A stretch of DNA of 64,000 bases from Candidatus Magasanikiibacteriota bacterium (GCA_036744835.1 DAIOHD010000001.1:335860-399859); one strand, 5' to 3'; shown: positions 37,389 through 48,256, counted from the first letter of the stretch. Notes: generated by a model not told the origin, from the sequence alone. Made by a program: numbers and translations.

Positions 37389-38267
37389 ATGAAATTATCG
37401 GTCATTACTGTTACTTGGAAAAATGAGTCATCCATTGGAAAACAGATAGAAAGCGTACAAAAAGGCGCTATTGGTTTGGAATTAGAGCAGATTATTGTGG
37501 ATAATGGTTCAACGGACAGTACAATAGAAATTATCAAAAAGTATCCGCAAGTTAAACTGATTCAAAATAAAGAAAATTTAGGTTTTGGGGCGGCCAATAA
37601 TCAAGGTTATAAAATAGCCACCGGTGATTATATTTTATTTTTAAATCCTGATAATGAAGTAGAACCAAATTCTTTGTTGAAACTTTGTAAAATGATGGAA
37701 CAACGTTCAAAAATTGGTTTATTGAGTTGTAAATTGACTACTCAAGAAGGACTTTTTAATGAAGGTGCTAAACCCAGGCGCTATCCTGGTTTGGTGGATC
37801 AATTGGCTTTGTTACTTAAAATTCCACACCTGTTTCCAAAAATTTTAGATAAATATTTAATGAAAGATTTTAATCCGGAAATAGAACAGGAAGTGGAAAC
37901 AGTGCGCGGTGCTTTTATGTTGTTATGCAAAAGTACTTTGGATAAACTAGGCTGGGGTTTTGATCCGCGGTATTTTATTTGGTTTGAAGATGTAGATTTA
38001 TGTAAAGAGGTACAAAAATTGGGGTTAAAAGTATTTTATACCCCAGAAGTTTCTTGTGTTGATTTGGTTGGACAAAGTTTTAAACAACAAGATAATTTAT
38101 GGAAGCAAAAGATTTTTACCACTAGCATGGTACAATATTTTCAAAAGTGGGAGCCATGGTATATATGGATTTGGATTGTTATTTTCCGGCCAGTGGCTAT
38201 TTTTATGGTGTGGTTAAAAGAAAAAATGGGAAAAAATAATTCAGATAAAATTAGACCTAGTTTATAA
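37389..38267 (+). CDS. Glycosyltransferase family 2
   Basis: MKLSVITVTWKNE...VDNGSTDST...LFLNPDNEVE...WFEDVDLC. Confidence 0.8.
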   Translation: MKLSVITVTWKNESSIGKQIESVQKGAIGLELEQIIVDNGSTDSTIEIIKKYPQVKLIQNKENLGFGAANNQGYKIATGDYILFLNPDNEVEPNSLLKLCKMMEQRSKIGLLSCKLTTQEGLFNEGAKPRRYPGLVDQLALLLKIPHLFPKILDKYLMKDFNPEIEQEVETVRGAFMLLCKSTLDKLGWGFDPRYFIWFEDVDLCKEVQKLGLKVFYTPEVSCVDLVGQSFKQQDNLWKQKIFTTSMVQYFQKWEPWYIWIWIVIFRPVAIFMVWLKEKMGKNNSDKIRPSL

Positions 38268-38268
38268 T

Positions 38269-39312
38269 ATGTCAAAACTTTCTGTAAATTTAGTTGTCTG
38301 GAACGGGGCAAAATATTTGCCTTATCTTTTTGATTCGCTACGCAAACAAATTTATCAAGATTGGGAATTGCAAATTTTGGACAATAATTCCACCGACAAT
38401 ACTGTGGAAATTATTGAAAAAGAAATTATAAATTTTCCAGTACCGGTAAAGTTTTTTAAAGAAAAAGAAAATCATGGTTTTGCCAAGGGACACAATATAT
38501 TATTTAAAGAAAATGAGAGCGAATATTTTTTGCTTTTGAATCAAGACATGTATTTAGAAAATACAGTTTTAGAAAAAATGGTAGATTTTTTGGATAAAAA
38601 TTCTGCCGTGGCCGCAGTTTCTCCGCGTTTGATGCGTTGGGATTTTGCCAAAATAGGGGAGGGGTTAAATAATACCTTTTCTTTTTCAGTGGATGCCTTG
38701 GGTTTAAAAGTTTTTCGCAATCGTCGGGTGATAGAACAATATACTGGAGAAAATTGGGAAGAGATAAAAAGTAAGTTTGGAGTAAATAATATTCTGGAAG
38801 TTTTCGGCGTATCTGGAGCCTTTCCGATGTACCGTCGTGAGGCTATAAAAAATGTTTTGTTTTCCGATGGTCAGATGCTTGATGAAAGTTATCATTCATA
38901 TAAAGAAGATGTTGATTTAGCTTGGCGTTTACGATTATCAGGAAACTCTTCCTTTATAATGCTAAATACTGTCGCGTATCATGACAGAGCCGGAGCTGGT
39001 CCGAAAGAAAAAAGTGACTTGGCGGCAATGCAAAATAAGAAAAAGCACAGTCCCTGGGTGAAATATTACAGTTATCGCAATCATCTGATGACTTTGTATA
39101 AAAATGAAAATAGTAAAAATTTTTGGCTTGATTTTATTTTTATTGCATGGTATGAATTAAAAAAGCTGGTTTATTTTATTGTCTTTGACCCAAAGGTTTT
39201 GAAAGGATGGAAAGATATTTGGTTGATGAAAAAAGATTTAAAAAATAAAAGACAAGAAATTAAAAAAATAATAAAAATTTCTATGGGGGATTTAAGAAAA
39301 TGGTGGAAATAA
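38269..39312 (+). CDS. Glycosyltransferase family 2
   Basis: LSVNLVVWNGAKYL...LDNNSTDNT...LLLNQDMYLE. Confidence 0.75.
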   Translation: MSKLSVNLVVWNGAKYLPYLFDSLRKQIYQDWELQILDNNSTDNTVEIIEKEIINFPVPVKFFKEKENHGFAKGHNILFKENESEYFLLLNQDMYLENTVLEKMVDFLDKNSAVAAVSPRLMRWDFAKIGEGLNNTFSFSVDALGLKVFRNRRVIEQYTGENWEEIKSKFGVNNILEVFGVSGAFPMYRREAIKNVLFSDGQMLDESYHSYKEDVDLAWRLRLSGNSSFIMLNTVAYHDRAGAGPKEKSDLAAMQNKKKHSPWVKYYSYRNHLMTLYKNENSKNFWLDFIFIAWYELKKLVYFIVFDPKVLKGWKDIWLMKKDLKNKRQEIKKIIKISMGDLRKWWK

Positions 39313-39318
39313 TTTTGT

Positions 39319-40158
39319 ATGAAAGATATAACAATAGTATTTGTAAATTATTTAATGAAAGACGACATAGTAAATGCCGTCGATTCTTTGATTAAAGATA
39401 TAACCGACTGTCCATATTCCGTTCAAATCACGGTTACGGATAATTCGCAAAATAAAGACAATATCAAAGAAGCTTTGGCGGAGAAATTTCTCCAAGTAAA
39501 ATATATAGACTGTGGCGGGAATATCGGTTTTGGCGCTGGTAATCAAGTAGGTTTTATAGATACCCCGGCTCGCTATTATTTTGCTATCAATCGCGACACA
39601 ATAATTCCGGAAAATAGCAAAACAATCGAAAGATTGATAAAATTTATGGACGAACATCCAAAAATCGGTTGCATAGGTCCGAAATTATTAAATTTGGACG
39701 GATCTTTACAAGATACTTGTTATCGATTTGATTTGCGAGCTTTATTAATAAAACCGTTCAAACAAATAAATTTTGATAAAAAATACGCTTGGGTTAAAAA
39801 ATATGCCGATTATTTATTAATGAAAGATTTTGATCACAACGAAACCCGTCCTGTAGATTGGGTGCTTGGGGCGGCAATGATTGTACGAGCGGAAGTAGTC
39901 AAAGATATCGGTTGGTTTGATCCGCGTTATTTTATGTATTTGGAAGATTGTGATTGGTGTCGTAGGATGTGGGAAAAAGGATGGCCGGTTTATTATGTTC
40001 ATGATATTACTATTTTGCATAGACACGAAAGACAATCGGCAAAAGTACCAGGTATTTTTAGAGCTTTAATAAAAAATAAAACCGCCCGGATCCATTTGGC
40101 CAGTTGGTTTAAATATCTCTGGAAATGGCGTGGTAAATATAAATATTATGCTGAATAA
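39319..40158 (+). CDS. Glycosyltransferase family 2
   Basis: ITIVFVNYLM...AINRDTIIP...YLEDCDWCRR. Confidence 0.75.
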   Translation: MKDITIVFVNYLMKDDIVNAVDSLIKDITDCPYSVQITVTDNSQNKDNIKEALAEKFLQVKYIDCGGNIGFGAGNQVGFIDTPARYYFAINRDTIIPENSKTIERLIKFMDEHPKIGCIGPKLLNLDGSLQDTCYRFDLRALLIKPFKQINFDKKYAWVKKYADYLLMKDFDHNETRPVDWVLGAAMIVRAEVVKDIGWFDPRYFMYLEDCDWCRRMWEKGWPVYYVHDITILHRHERQSAKVPGIFRALIKNKTARIHLASWFKYLWKWRGKYKYYAE

Positions 40159-41248
40159 TTTTCCTAAAGTTGCTATTGTTTATCTATCTTTTCACAGTGA
40201 GCCATATATTGACGATGTGGTTTCGGCTTTGAAAAAAGTATCCTATCCCAAGGAAAAATTGGAATTGGTTATTGTTGATAACCCGCACCCCAAATATGGT
40301 AATTCCGTCAGGTTTTTAAACGAAACAGTTATGCCGTTATCTAATACGGATTTGCCTCATGTGACGATTTTGCCACAAACGGAAAATTTGGGATTTGCCG
40401 GTGGAAATAATGTCGGGATAAAATGGGCAATAGACAATGGTTTTGATTATGTTTATTTTCATAATAATGACGGTTTTGTGACTACCAATTTTTTGGAATC
40501 GTTGGTGGAGGCTATGGAAGGTGATAAAAAAATAGGTGCTGCCCAATCGCTTATCATGTTGCACCCAGAAACGGAGATGATAAATACTTCTGGCAATGTG
40601 TTTCAATATTTGGGGATAGGTTTTTGTAATGATTTTCGTAAAAAAATAAACGATTTCACTCTACCCAAGATAAAAGAAATAAATTATGCTAGCGGAGCGG
40701 CGATGTTGATGAGAGTGAATTTATTAAAACAATTTGGAGTTTGGGATAAAGATTTCTTTTTATATCACGAAGATGTCGAATATTCTTTTCGTTTGAAAAT
40801 TGCCGGTTTTAAAATTGTAGTTGTTCCGGATTCGATTTTTTATCATAAATATTCTTTTTCTCGCAATAAAGAAAAATTTTATTACATTGAACGCAATCGT
40901 TACGGTGTGATGTTGATGTTTTTCAAGTGGCCGACACTTTTGTTGATGTTACCGATGGGAATTATACTAGATATCGGATTATTACTATTTTCTTTGAAAA
41001 ATGGCTGGATAAAAGAAAAATTAAACGCCTATAAGTATTGGCTATCTTTGAAAAATTGGCAGTTATGGCTTAAAAAAAGAAATTACATACAAAGTATTCG
41101 TCAAATTAAAGATAAAGAATTAATAAAAGATTTAGCGGGCAAAGTTGAATTTGAGGATAAAAGCGTCAATAATCCTGTTTTGAAATATTTAGGCAATCCT
41201 TTGATGAATATTTATTGGCAGGTAATAAAGAGACTAATTTTTTGGTAA
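40148..41248 (+). CDS. Glycosyltransferase family 2
   Basis: VAIVYLSFHSEPYI...VIVDNPHP...YFHNNDGFV...YHEDVEYSFR. Confidence 0.75.
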   Translation: MLNNFPKVAIVYLSFHSEPYIDDVVSALKKVSYPKEKLELVIVDNPHPKYGNSVRFLNETVMPLSNTDLPHVTILPQTENLGFAGGNNVGIKWAIDNGFDYVYFHNNDGFVTTNFLESLVEAMEGDKKIGAAQSLIMLHPETEMINTSGNVFQYLGIGFCNDFRKKINDFTLPKIKEINYASGAAMLMRVNLLKQFGVWDKDFFLYHEDVEYSFRLKIAGFKIVVVPDSIFYHKYSFSRNKEKFYYIERNRYGVMLMFFKWPTLLLMLPMGIILDIGLLLFSLKNGWIKEKLNAYKYWLSLKNWQLWLKKRNYIQSIRQIKDKELIKDLAGKVEFEDKSVNNPVLKYLGNPLMNIYWQVIKRLIFW

Positions 41249-41250
41249 TT

Positions 41251-42345
41251 ATGTCTATCAAAAAAATCAGAAAAGCTATTTTGACCGGCGGGGGAAAAGC
41301 GACTAGATTGCGTCCGGTAACTTCCACTATTAACAAACATCTTATCCCTTTGGCCAATAAGCCAATGATTTTTCATGCTATTGAGAAAGTAGTTGGAGCC
41401 GGGGTTGAAGAGATTTTTATCAATCTTAATCCTGGTGAAACCGAACTCCCAAAATATATTGGTGATGGCGGTCATTGGGGAATAAAAATTACTTATTTTG
41501 AACAAGAGGGTGGTCCGCAAGGTGTGGCCCATGTGGTCAAACAAGCACAAAAGTTTATTGGTAACGATCCTTTTATATTCTTTTTATCTGATAATGTAGT
41601 ACTTGGAGATATCAAGCCGATGGTAGCGGAATTTATAGAAAATAAATATGATTGTATGTTGGCGTTATCGGAAGTTCCTAACGCCAAATCTTTTGGCGTA
41701 CCAGTTTTTGATGAAAATAAAAAATTGATTGATGTTTGGGAAAAACCGGAAAATCCACCCAATAATTTTGCGGTTACCGGAATCTATATTTACGGTCCGG
41801 AAGTATTTTTTAAAGCTTTTGATAATATCGAAAGAAGTGCTCGTGGTGAATATGAAATCAGCAGTATTCACTCTCATTTTTTGAAAAATAATTATAAAGT
41901 CGGCTATAAAGAAATAACCGGTTGGTGGAAAGATACTGGTCAAGCCCACGATCTTATTTTGGCTAATAAATTATTACTTGATGAGTTGAAAACAGAAGAC
42001 TTTGTTATTCAAGGAAAAGTGGAAGAAGGAGCAAAATTTACGGATAGAGTTCATATTGGTGCTGGAACAGTTGTGAGAAGTGACGTAAAAATAAGTGGTC
42101 CGGTTACTATAGGTGAAAATTGTATTTTAGAAAACTGCGTGATAGGGCCTTATGCCACACTTGGTTCCGGGTGTGTGATAAAAAACGCAGAAATAAATAA
42201 TTCTATTATTTTAAAAAATTGTACTATTGATTGTCCGCTTAAATTTACCGAAAGTATTGTTGGAGAGAAAGCGGAAATAATAAAGAAAAGAACCGATGAG
42301 TGTCGTAGGGTGATTATTGGTGAACAGACGGTGATTGAGGTATAA
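41251..42345 (+). CDS. rfbA: Sugar-phosphate nucleotidyltransferase (RmlA-like, long form with C-terminal left-handed beta-helix)
   Basis: AILTGGGKATRLRPVTSTINKHLIPLANKPMIFHAIE (G-x-G-x-R-L motif); C-terminal hexapeptide repeats. Confidence 0.7.
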   Translation: MSIKKIRKAILTGGGKATRLRPVTSTINKHLIPLANKPMIFHAIEKVVGAGVEEIFINLNPGETELPKYIGDGGHWGIKITYFEQEGGPQGVAHVVKQAQKFIGNDPFIFFLSDNVVLGDIKPMVAEFIENKYDCMLALSEVPNAKSFGVPVFDENKKLIDVWEKPENPPNNFAVTGIYIYGPEVFFKAFDNIERSARGEYEISSIHSHFLKNNYKVGYKEITGWWKDTGQAHDLILANKLLLDELKTEDFVIQGKVEEGAKFTDRVHIGAGTVVRSDVKISGPVTIGENCILENCVIGPYATLGSGCVIKNAEINNSIILKNCTIDCPLKFTESIVGEKAEIIKKRTDECRRVIIGEQTVIEV

Positions 42346-42380
42346 AATAAATATTGGATATTAAATATTAAATATTAAAA

Positions 42381-42414
42381 ATTCTCTCCGCCCAGGGCGG
42401 AGAGAATTTTTTGT
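42381..42414. terminator. Intrinsic terminator (bidirectional-capable) between convergent rfbA-like and recR
   Basis: attctctccgcc-caggg-cggagagaat-tttttg. Confidence 0.8.
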
Positions 42415-42416
42415 AA

Positions 42417-42479
42417 TCTGTAGTTTGTAGATTGAAGTCTTTTTATTTTTCGTAGTTTGTAGTCCATAGTCCGAAATCC
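42417..42479. repeat. GTAGT(Y)(Y)-rich short repeats
   Basis: ctgtagtttgtagattgaagtct...cgtagtttgtagtccatagtccgaaatcc. Related to gtagtccgtagtctgtagtctgaagtcc at 25689-25716. Confidence 0.5.
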
Positions 42480-42481
42480 AA

Positions 42482-43078
42482 TCAAGTCCTGTTTTTCAAT
42501 GCGCTTATCAGTGTGATTTCATCCGCATATTGCAGATCCGATCCGAGCGGGAGCCCCCGCGCCAAGCGAGTGATTTTTAATTCCGGATTTATTTTAGCCA
42601 ATTCTTTTTTGAGATACATCATTGTAGTTTCGCCGGGTAAATCAGGAGAGAGAGCCAAAATAATTTCTTTTATTTCTTTGTTTGATACTCTTTTTTTCAA
42701 TTCTTCAATTTTGATTCTGGCGATTTCCGTTTCATCATCATCAGGGCTGATAGTTTCGCGTAAAACATGGTAGAGACCGTTGTATTCGTGGGTATTTTCG
42801 ATAGCCACCAAATCTTGCGGATCGGCCACCACACAAACAACTTCTTTGTTTCTTTTTGGATCGCTACAAATATGACAAGGGGAGTTGTCGTCAAAATTCC
42901 AACAAATTTCACAGCTTTTGGTATTTTGTAATAATTTGTCCAAAGCATCGCGCAATTCATTAACTTCTTTTTTACCGGATTTTAACCAATAAAAAACAAA
43001 ACGCTCGGCCGTACGTTGTCCGACCGAGGGTAATTTTTTGAGCGCTTCAATAAGTTTATTTATTGAAGAAGAGTACAT
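42482..43078 (-). CDS. recR: Recombination protein RecR
   Basis: MYSSSINKLIEALKKLPSVGQRTAERFVFYWLKSG, C4 zinc finger, Toprim. Confidence 0.9.
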   Translation of the reverse strand: MYSSSINKLIEALKKLPSVGQRTAERFVFYWLKSGKKEVNELRDALDKLLQNTKSCEICWNFDDNSPCHICSDPKRNKEVVCVVADPQDLVAIENTHEYNGLYHVLRETISPDDDETEIARIKIEELKKRVSNKEIKEIILALSPDLPGETTMMYLKKELAKINPELKITRLARGLPLGSDLQYADEITLISALKNRT

Positions 43079-43082
43079 AAAA

Positions 43083-43397
43083 TTATTGGTTACCACCGCC
43101 TAAGCCTGGTAAAGAGAAACCACTTTCTTGCATTTTACTAGCCATGATTTTTTGAACTTTTTTGAGTACATCGGCATGAACGTCTTTTATGGCACTTTCT
43201 AATTTTTCTTTTTTATCCAAGGAAAGCATTTCCGGGGCGATTTTGACTTCGGTAATTTGCATATTACCGTTCATGGTGATATTGACAGTATTTCCAAAAT
43301 TACTGGCAGTGCAAGATTCATTCCCGAGTATTTCTTGTAATTTTTTTCCTTGATCGCGGATATCTTTGAATTGTTTAAGTTTGGTAAACATGGACAT
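43083..43397 (-). CDS. ybaB: Nucleoid-associated protein YbaB/EbfC
   Basis: 104 aa, MSMFTKLKQFKDIRDQGKKLQEIL...ITEVKIAPEML. Confidence 0.9.
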   Translation of the reverse strand: MSMFTKLKQFKDIRDQGKKLQEILGNESCTASNFGNTVNITMNGNMQITEVKIAPEMLSLDKKEKLESAIKDVHADVLKKVQKIMASKMQESGFSLPGLGGGNQ

Positions 43398-43439
43398 ATA
43401 AAAAATTTTTAATTTTTAAATTTTCAATTATAAAATTGG

Positions 43440-44918
43440 TTAAAATTGTGGTGTTGGTGGTTCGGCGGAAATAGGCTTGTTTGTAAAATCACTTTTTGGT
43501 CTCAAACCGGCGGACGGTCTATTTTCGGTTTTATTTTCACTAACTACGCGAGTTTCCAAATTGCGGAAAGAAGTACAATTTTCGTTAAACAACAATTTTA
43601 CCATACCGGTCGGACCGTTTCTATGTTTGGCAATATGGATTTCTGCAATATAACGTTCGTCAGGAGATATTTCATCCAAGCGATAATTTCTATCAGCTGC
43701 TTTACGATAGATAAACATAACGATATCGGCATCTTGTTCGATGGATCCGGATTCACGTAAGTGGGAAAGTTTTGGCAAAGCCGGCTTACTTTGTTCCACC
43801 ACACGTGAAAGTTGAGAGAGAGCGACAACCGGGATGTTTAGCTCACGAGCGATACTTTTCAGACCGCGAGTTATTTCGGAAATTTCTTGTACTCTACTTT
43901 CAGAACTTCCGCGAGATTCCATCAATTGTAAATAATCGATAACAATCATTCCTAGATTGTGTTCGGCTTGTAAACGACGAGCTTTAGTGCGTAATTGTAA
44001 AATATTATTATTAGGAGAATCATCAATAAAAATTGGAGCTTCCGATAAAGTGCCGATAGCATGACCGATACGAGGAAAATCATCATCTTCGGGCTTGTCG
44101 GAAAGTTTACCGCTACGTAAACGCCACAAATCAATATTGGCTTCGGCGCAAAGCATACGATCAACTAACTGTTCTTTACTCATTTCCAATGAAAACATTC
44201 CAACCGGAACTTTTAATTTTCCGCCAATGTGTCGGACAATATCCATAGCAAAAGAAGTTTTACCAACAGACGGACGAGCGGCGATGATTATCAAATCTGA
44301 TTTTTGTAAACCGGCTAAAATATTGTCTAAATCTCGAAAACCGGTGGCATAACCGCGAAGTTGCCCTTTATTTTTGTGTAATTCATCAATACGATCAAAA
44401 GCGGTATCAAGCACGCCACGAATATGAGTAAAATTTTGTTTAAAATAATTTCCAGCCACACCAAACAAACTGCGCTGGGCTTCATCAAGTACTTGTTCCA
44501 AATCATCGCGTTCTTCATAACCCAGTTTGGCAATATCGGCGGAAGAATGGATCAAACGACGTCGGATAGCTTTACGATGAACTATCTGTCCGTAATGAGC
44601 CACATTGGAAGCTGTTGGCACCATATTACTTAGCGTGGCTAAATAAGGTTTACCGCCAATATCTTCAAGTTGATTTTTTTCTCGCAAACGATTATCTATT
44701 GTCAATAGATCTATAGATTCATTTTTGGTATAAAGTTCTTGCATGGCTTCATAAATTCTACCATGAGAATTTTTATAAAAATCTTCCGGAGCCACAATAT
44801 CGGCAATTTTCATCATGGCGTCTTTGTCTATAAGCAAAGCGCCAAGTAACGACATCTCCGCCTCCAAACTATGGGGCGGTATTTTTTCTACAGTTTCGAA
44901 ATTACCAGGGTTATTCAT
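43440..44918 (-). CDS. dnaB: Replicative DNA helicase DnaB
   Basis: PPHSLEAEMSLLGALLIDKDA N-terminus; RecA-like C-terminal with Walker A AARPSVGKTSFAMD. Confidence 0.9.
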   Translation of the reverse strand: MNNPGNFETVEKIPPHSLEAEMSLLGALLIDKDAMMKIADIVAPEDFYKNSHGRIYEAMQELYTKNESIDLLTIDNRLREKNQLEDIGGKPYLATLSNMVPTASNVAHYGQIVHRKAIRRRLIHSSADIAKLGYEERDDLEQVLDEAQRSLFGVAGNYFKQNFTHIRGVLDTAFDRIDELHKNKGQLRGYATGFRDLDNILAGLQKSDLIIIAARPSVGKTSFAMDIVRHIGGKLKVPVGMFSLEMSKEQLVDRMLCAEANIDLWRLRSGKLSDKPEDDDFPRIGHAIGTLSEAPIFIDDSPNNNILQLRTKARRLQAEHNLGMIVIDYLQLMESRGSSESRVQEISEITRGLKSIARELNIPVVALSQLSRVVEQSKPALPKLSHLRESGSIEQDADIVMFIYRKAADRNYRLDEISPDERYIAEIHIAKHRNGPTGMVKLLFNENCTSFRNLETRVVSENKTENRPSAGLRPKSDFTNKPISAEPPTPQF

Positions 44919-45007
44919 ATGCTTTTTAAGTTATCCTATCTTATCTAAAAAGTAAATAATCTGCAACCCCTAGAAGCGGATAAACTGTTGATGAGCTGTG
45001 ATTAAAA

Positions 45008-45030
45008 AAACCGCCCCCAAAGGAGCGGTT
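45008..45030 (-). terminator. Intrinsic terminator of the CDP-alcohol phosphatidyltransferase gene
   Basis: Minus strand reads aaccgctcc-ttt-gggggcgg-ttttttt. Confidence 0.6.
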
Positions 45031-45625
45031 ATGAACGAGCGTTAAGTTTGGCGATAAGAGATCGGTATGCAAACGGTCCGCTTACTATTATAAAAAAAGA
45101 ACCAAGCAAAGAAAAGCCACTTTCCGGGTTTGGATAAGCTAAGATAAAAGCTCCTAAACCGCACATTTCTAATAAAAACTTGATTTTACCCGATGTCCCG
45201 GCTTTTATTAAGCACTTACTATCGTTGTTAGCGGAAAATTTTAGATAATCTTGCCAACGAACAATAGCGAGCCAAATTTCCACTGGTACAATCAGGGTTA
45301 AACTACTGAAAGCGGCTACTGGATAAAATATTCCCGTGTTTGTGTAATCCATTAGGAAAACCAAAGGAACAATCAAGCAAACAAAGAAAATCTTGTCCAT
45401 TAGCGCATCAATGGCAGCTCCAAATTCAGTTAAAATTTTTCTACTTCTTGCTAACAGTCCGTCAACAGAGTCTAAATAGGCAGCAAAGACAAATAGAACA
45501 AAGGCGGAGACTTGAAAATCAAGCAGTAGTAAAATCAGTACCGGTACGAACATAAAAGCCCGAAACACGGAAATTCCGTTTGGTGTGATCCAAAGCGGAA
45601 AGATTTTTCCAACGATTTTTTCCAT
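45029..45625 (-). CDS. CDP-alcohol phosphatidyltransferase family protein
   Basis: ITPNGISVFRAF...DSVDGLLARSRKILTEFGAAIDALMDK (D-x2-D-G-x2-AR...G...D-x3-D motif). Start placed at MEKIVGK (45625). The tool's ORF extends to 45787 with a 54-aa N-terminal extension of uncertain reality. Confidence 0.65.
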   Translation of the reverse strand: MEKIVGKIFPLWITPNGISVFRAFMFVPVLILLLLDFQVSAFVLFVFAAYLDSVDGLLARSRKILTEFGAAIDALMDKIFFVCLIVPLVFLMDYTNTGIFYPVAAFSSLTLIVPVEIWLAIVRWQDYLKFSANNDSKCLIKAGTSGKIKFLLEMCGLGAFILAYPNPESGFSLLGSFFIIVSGPFAYRSLIAKLNARS

Positions 45626-45868
45626 TACGGAATTATATCGTTGATAGAAGATCTTGAAAATTTTTTCAAAGAACTCGAAGATGGTAAATACTACCACCAG
45701 AAAAAAATCCCATAACCTTTTGTACAGCAGATACGGATCATACTCCACCAATGGTGGAAGTATCGCAAGGCAGTTGGTTTGATACATTTTCTTCCTCCAT
45801 TAGTTTATTTCCATAAAGACACTACAATACTTTGCTTTTTTTGTCAACTTTGTTATAATTCAAATAAT

Positions 45869-47986
45869 ATGTTAAAAGTAGTAAAAAATTTGCTTGTTAT
45901 AGCTATTTTTGCTCTGTTTTCAGGGCTTATTATTACATATCAGCCAGGCTGGTTCTTCGGGCTGATTTTTTTGTTATTCTTTCTTTTTTACTATTCCAAT
46001 TTAGCTTATTTACTTTTGGTGCGCTTGTTTAATTTTCCTAAAAATTCTTTTTTACGCAGATTTTTTGGAATACTGATTGTTTTTTGGTTATTTGTCACTT
46101 CCGTCGGTTTTTTGATATTATCGGGTTTTTCAACTTTTTATTTAGGGGTGTTAGTTTTACCTTTTACCATTGTTTTGCTGAATATGTTTTTGGGCTTATC
46201 TGTTTTGAAACAAAAAAAAGAAGAAAGTTTATTGGAAGCGGAAGAAGTTCGAGAAATTGTTTTGCCCAGCTCTACTTCTTTTTTGGCGGCAGTTTTGATT
46301 TTGATGGCCGGTGCTTTTTATATTTTATTTCAGCATGAAACCGGCGCGGAAATTTGGACACCTTGGGCGATTTTACCCGATTATTATCCGTATCTGTATT
46401 TATTGATTTATTTGGTTTTGGGGTTACTTATTTTTACCAACAACCATGCTAAAACCTTATTGGCTTTGTTTTTTGTTTTTTCTCTGTTATGTCATTTTAA
46501 TCTGGCATTTACTCATGAATTGATTTATGGCGCGGATTATTGGCGACATTTAGGGACGCAAAATCAGATTTTACAAAATGGGGGAGTGACTATACGAAAT
46601 TTTATGGAAAATCCCGGTTGGATAGAAAAAATGAATTTTGGCTTATATTCTTACAGTGGATTTTGGGGTTTAAATGTAATTTTAAATTTATTTACCGGAA
46701 TTGATTTATTAAATCTAGGTAAATTTGTTGGACCTATTATTTGGTCTTTATTTGTACCGGTTTTATTTTATGCCCTGGGCAGGATATTAAATTTATCCAA
46801 ACGCCTGGCTTTATTTTTAGTTTGGTTGTCTTTTGTTCCGAGTGCGTTATTAATTAGCGGATCATTTAGCTTGCCGTCAAGCTTACATTTTATTTTTTGG
46901 TTGTTCAGTTTAATATTGCTTTTAAAAGCGGATTTTTCAGAAAATAAAAATCAATTATGGGCGTTATTAATTGTCGGATTGTTGCTTTCATCGGGGTATT
47001 TGCTTTATGCTGTTATTTTCTTTTTAGCGCTTGGTTTGAAATTATTAAATATATATTTGATAAAAAACAACTTGCTAAATAACGTCGCTTGGTTTTTTAT
47101 TTCTATTTTTGCTGTTTTGTTTTTACCGGTTTTGGAGATTGTTTCAGGTTATTCGCAAATGTCTTTCAAAAGTGATTTATTTTCCGCGATTAAGCAATTT
47201 GTCGGTAATTTGACCGGTGTTTATTTTGCTTTTGGTCCGCGACCGCATACCATTTCCACCGGAAATATTTTGTTTTATCAAACGCCGCAATCTTCTTTTG
47301 TGGAAAATATTTTTACCATCTGGCCTTATTGGTTGATTTTGACAGCGGTTTTATTTTGCACTTTGGCGATTTATGGCATGATAAAATTTTTCTTGCGAAA
47401 TGAAAATCAAAAATGGCTGGGGGTATTTTTCTTTTCTTTATTTGGCGGGTATTTTATTTCTCGTTATTTGTTAAACGGAGAAAATATTTTGACGCGCAGA
47501 CTGGATGTTGTTTTGGCTACCGGTTTGATAGTTTTCTTTTGTTTGGCAATTTTATATTTTCAAAAATATTTATTAAAAAGAAAATTTATTTTGATTGGTA
47601 TTATTTGTTTGTCGTTTTTTGGCGCAACAATTTATACACTTGGCCCGGTCAGTCGCGCCGTAAGTTCTCAAGAATATTTAGATTATCAAGATATTTATCA
47701 TCAGGTTAAAGAAGAAAAAAATTTTTGCATTATCGCTGATCCGTATAATCTCACGGTGTTAGAAGGCATTTCCGCCAAAAAGATAGTAGGTGGTGGTTTC
47801 CCAATAAAGGGTGATTTTTCACAAACAGAACTTCAGGCCGTGTTGAAAGATTGGGAAGATGGAAAAGACAAAGATCAGATTATAAAACAAGCCAAAAACA
47901 TTACCGGTGCAAATACCTGTTTTGTATTGGAAAAGAATGTAGGAGATTCCGGGATAGAGAGTAAAGTAAAGATGTTAAAATATTAA
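45869..47986 (+). CDS. Large polytopic membrane protein (GT-C-like fold suspected), function unknown
   Basis: >12 hydrophobic segments followed by a soluble C-terminal ~150 aa. Start moved to ATG 45869 after an extended-10 promoter (tgtTATAAT 45851-59). Confidence 0.45.
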   Translation: MLKVVKNLLVIAIFALFSGLIITYQPGWFFGLIFLLFFLFYYSNLAYLLLVRLFNFPKNSFLRRFFGILIVFWLFVTSVGFLILSGFSTFYLGVLVLPFTIVLLNMFLGLSVLKQKKEESLLEAEEVREIVLPSSTSFLAAVLILMAGAFYILFQHETGAEIWTPWAILPDYYPYLYLLIYLVLGLLIFTNNHAKTLLALFFVFSLLCHFNLAFTHELIYGADYWRHLGTQNQILQNGGVTIRNFMENPGWIEKMNFGLYSYSGFWGLNVILNLFTGIDLLNLGKFVGPIIWSLFVPVLFYALGRILNLSKRLALFLVWLSFVPSALLISGSFSLPSSLHFIFWLFSLILLLKADFSENKNQLWALLIVGLLLSSGYLLYAVIFFLALGLKLLNIYLIKNNLLNNVAWFFISIFAVLFLPVLEIVSGYSQMSFKSDLFSAIKQFVGNLTGVYFAFGPRPHTISTGNILFYQTPQSSFVENIFTIWPYWLILTAVLFCTLAIYGMIKFFLRNENQKWLGVFFFSLFGGYFISRYLLNGENILTRRLDVVLATGLIVFFCLAILYFQKYLLKRKFILIGIICLSFFGATIYTLGPVSRAVSSQEYLDYQDIYHQVKEEKNFCIIADPYNLTVLEGISAKKIVGGGFPIKGDFSQTELQAVLKDWEDGKDKDQIIKQAKNITGANTCFVLEKNVGDSGIESKVKMLKY

Positions 47987-48040
47987 AATTAATTTTGAAA
48001 AATAAAAAAACCGATCCGCGAAACGGGTCGGCTTTGGTTT

Positions 48041-48256
48041 TTAACTTTCTTGTACGGCTCCGGCGCCAGAGAGACGGTATCTGTCACTTTTGCAATCGGG
48101 GTTTTCTTTATCGTGTTTACGGTAACCACGAAAGAGCGCTATCTGCATGTTGTCAGCTCTGAAATCGAATGTTGAGCTACAAACCTTACAGACAAAGGTG
48201 TAGACATAAGCGCCTTCCTTGAGTTGTTCTGGAGTGGGTTTTTCAGCATAACTCAT
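48041..48256 (-). CDS. Small (71 aa) hypothetical protein with strong SD
   Basis: CCGGAGGAAACC-ATG on minus strand. Elevated GC. Sits between a bidirectional hairpin (48008-48040) and a divergent promoter region. Confidence 0.45.
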   Translation of the reverse strand: MSYAEKPTPEQLKEGAYVYTFVCKVCSSTFDFRADNMQIALFRGYRKHDKENPDCKSDRYRLSGAGAVQES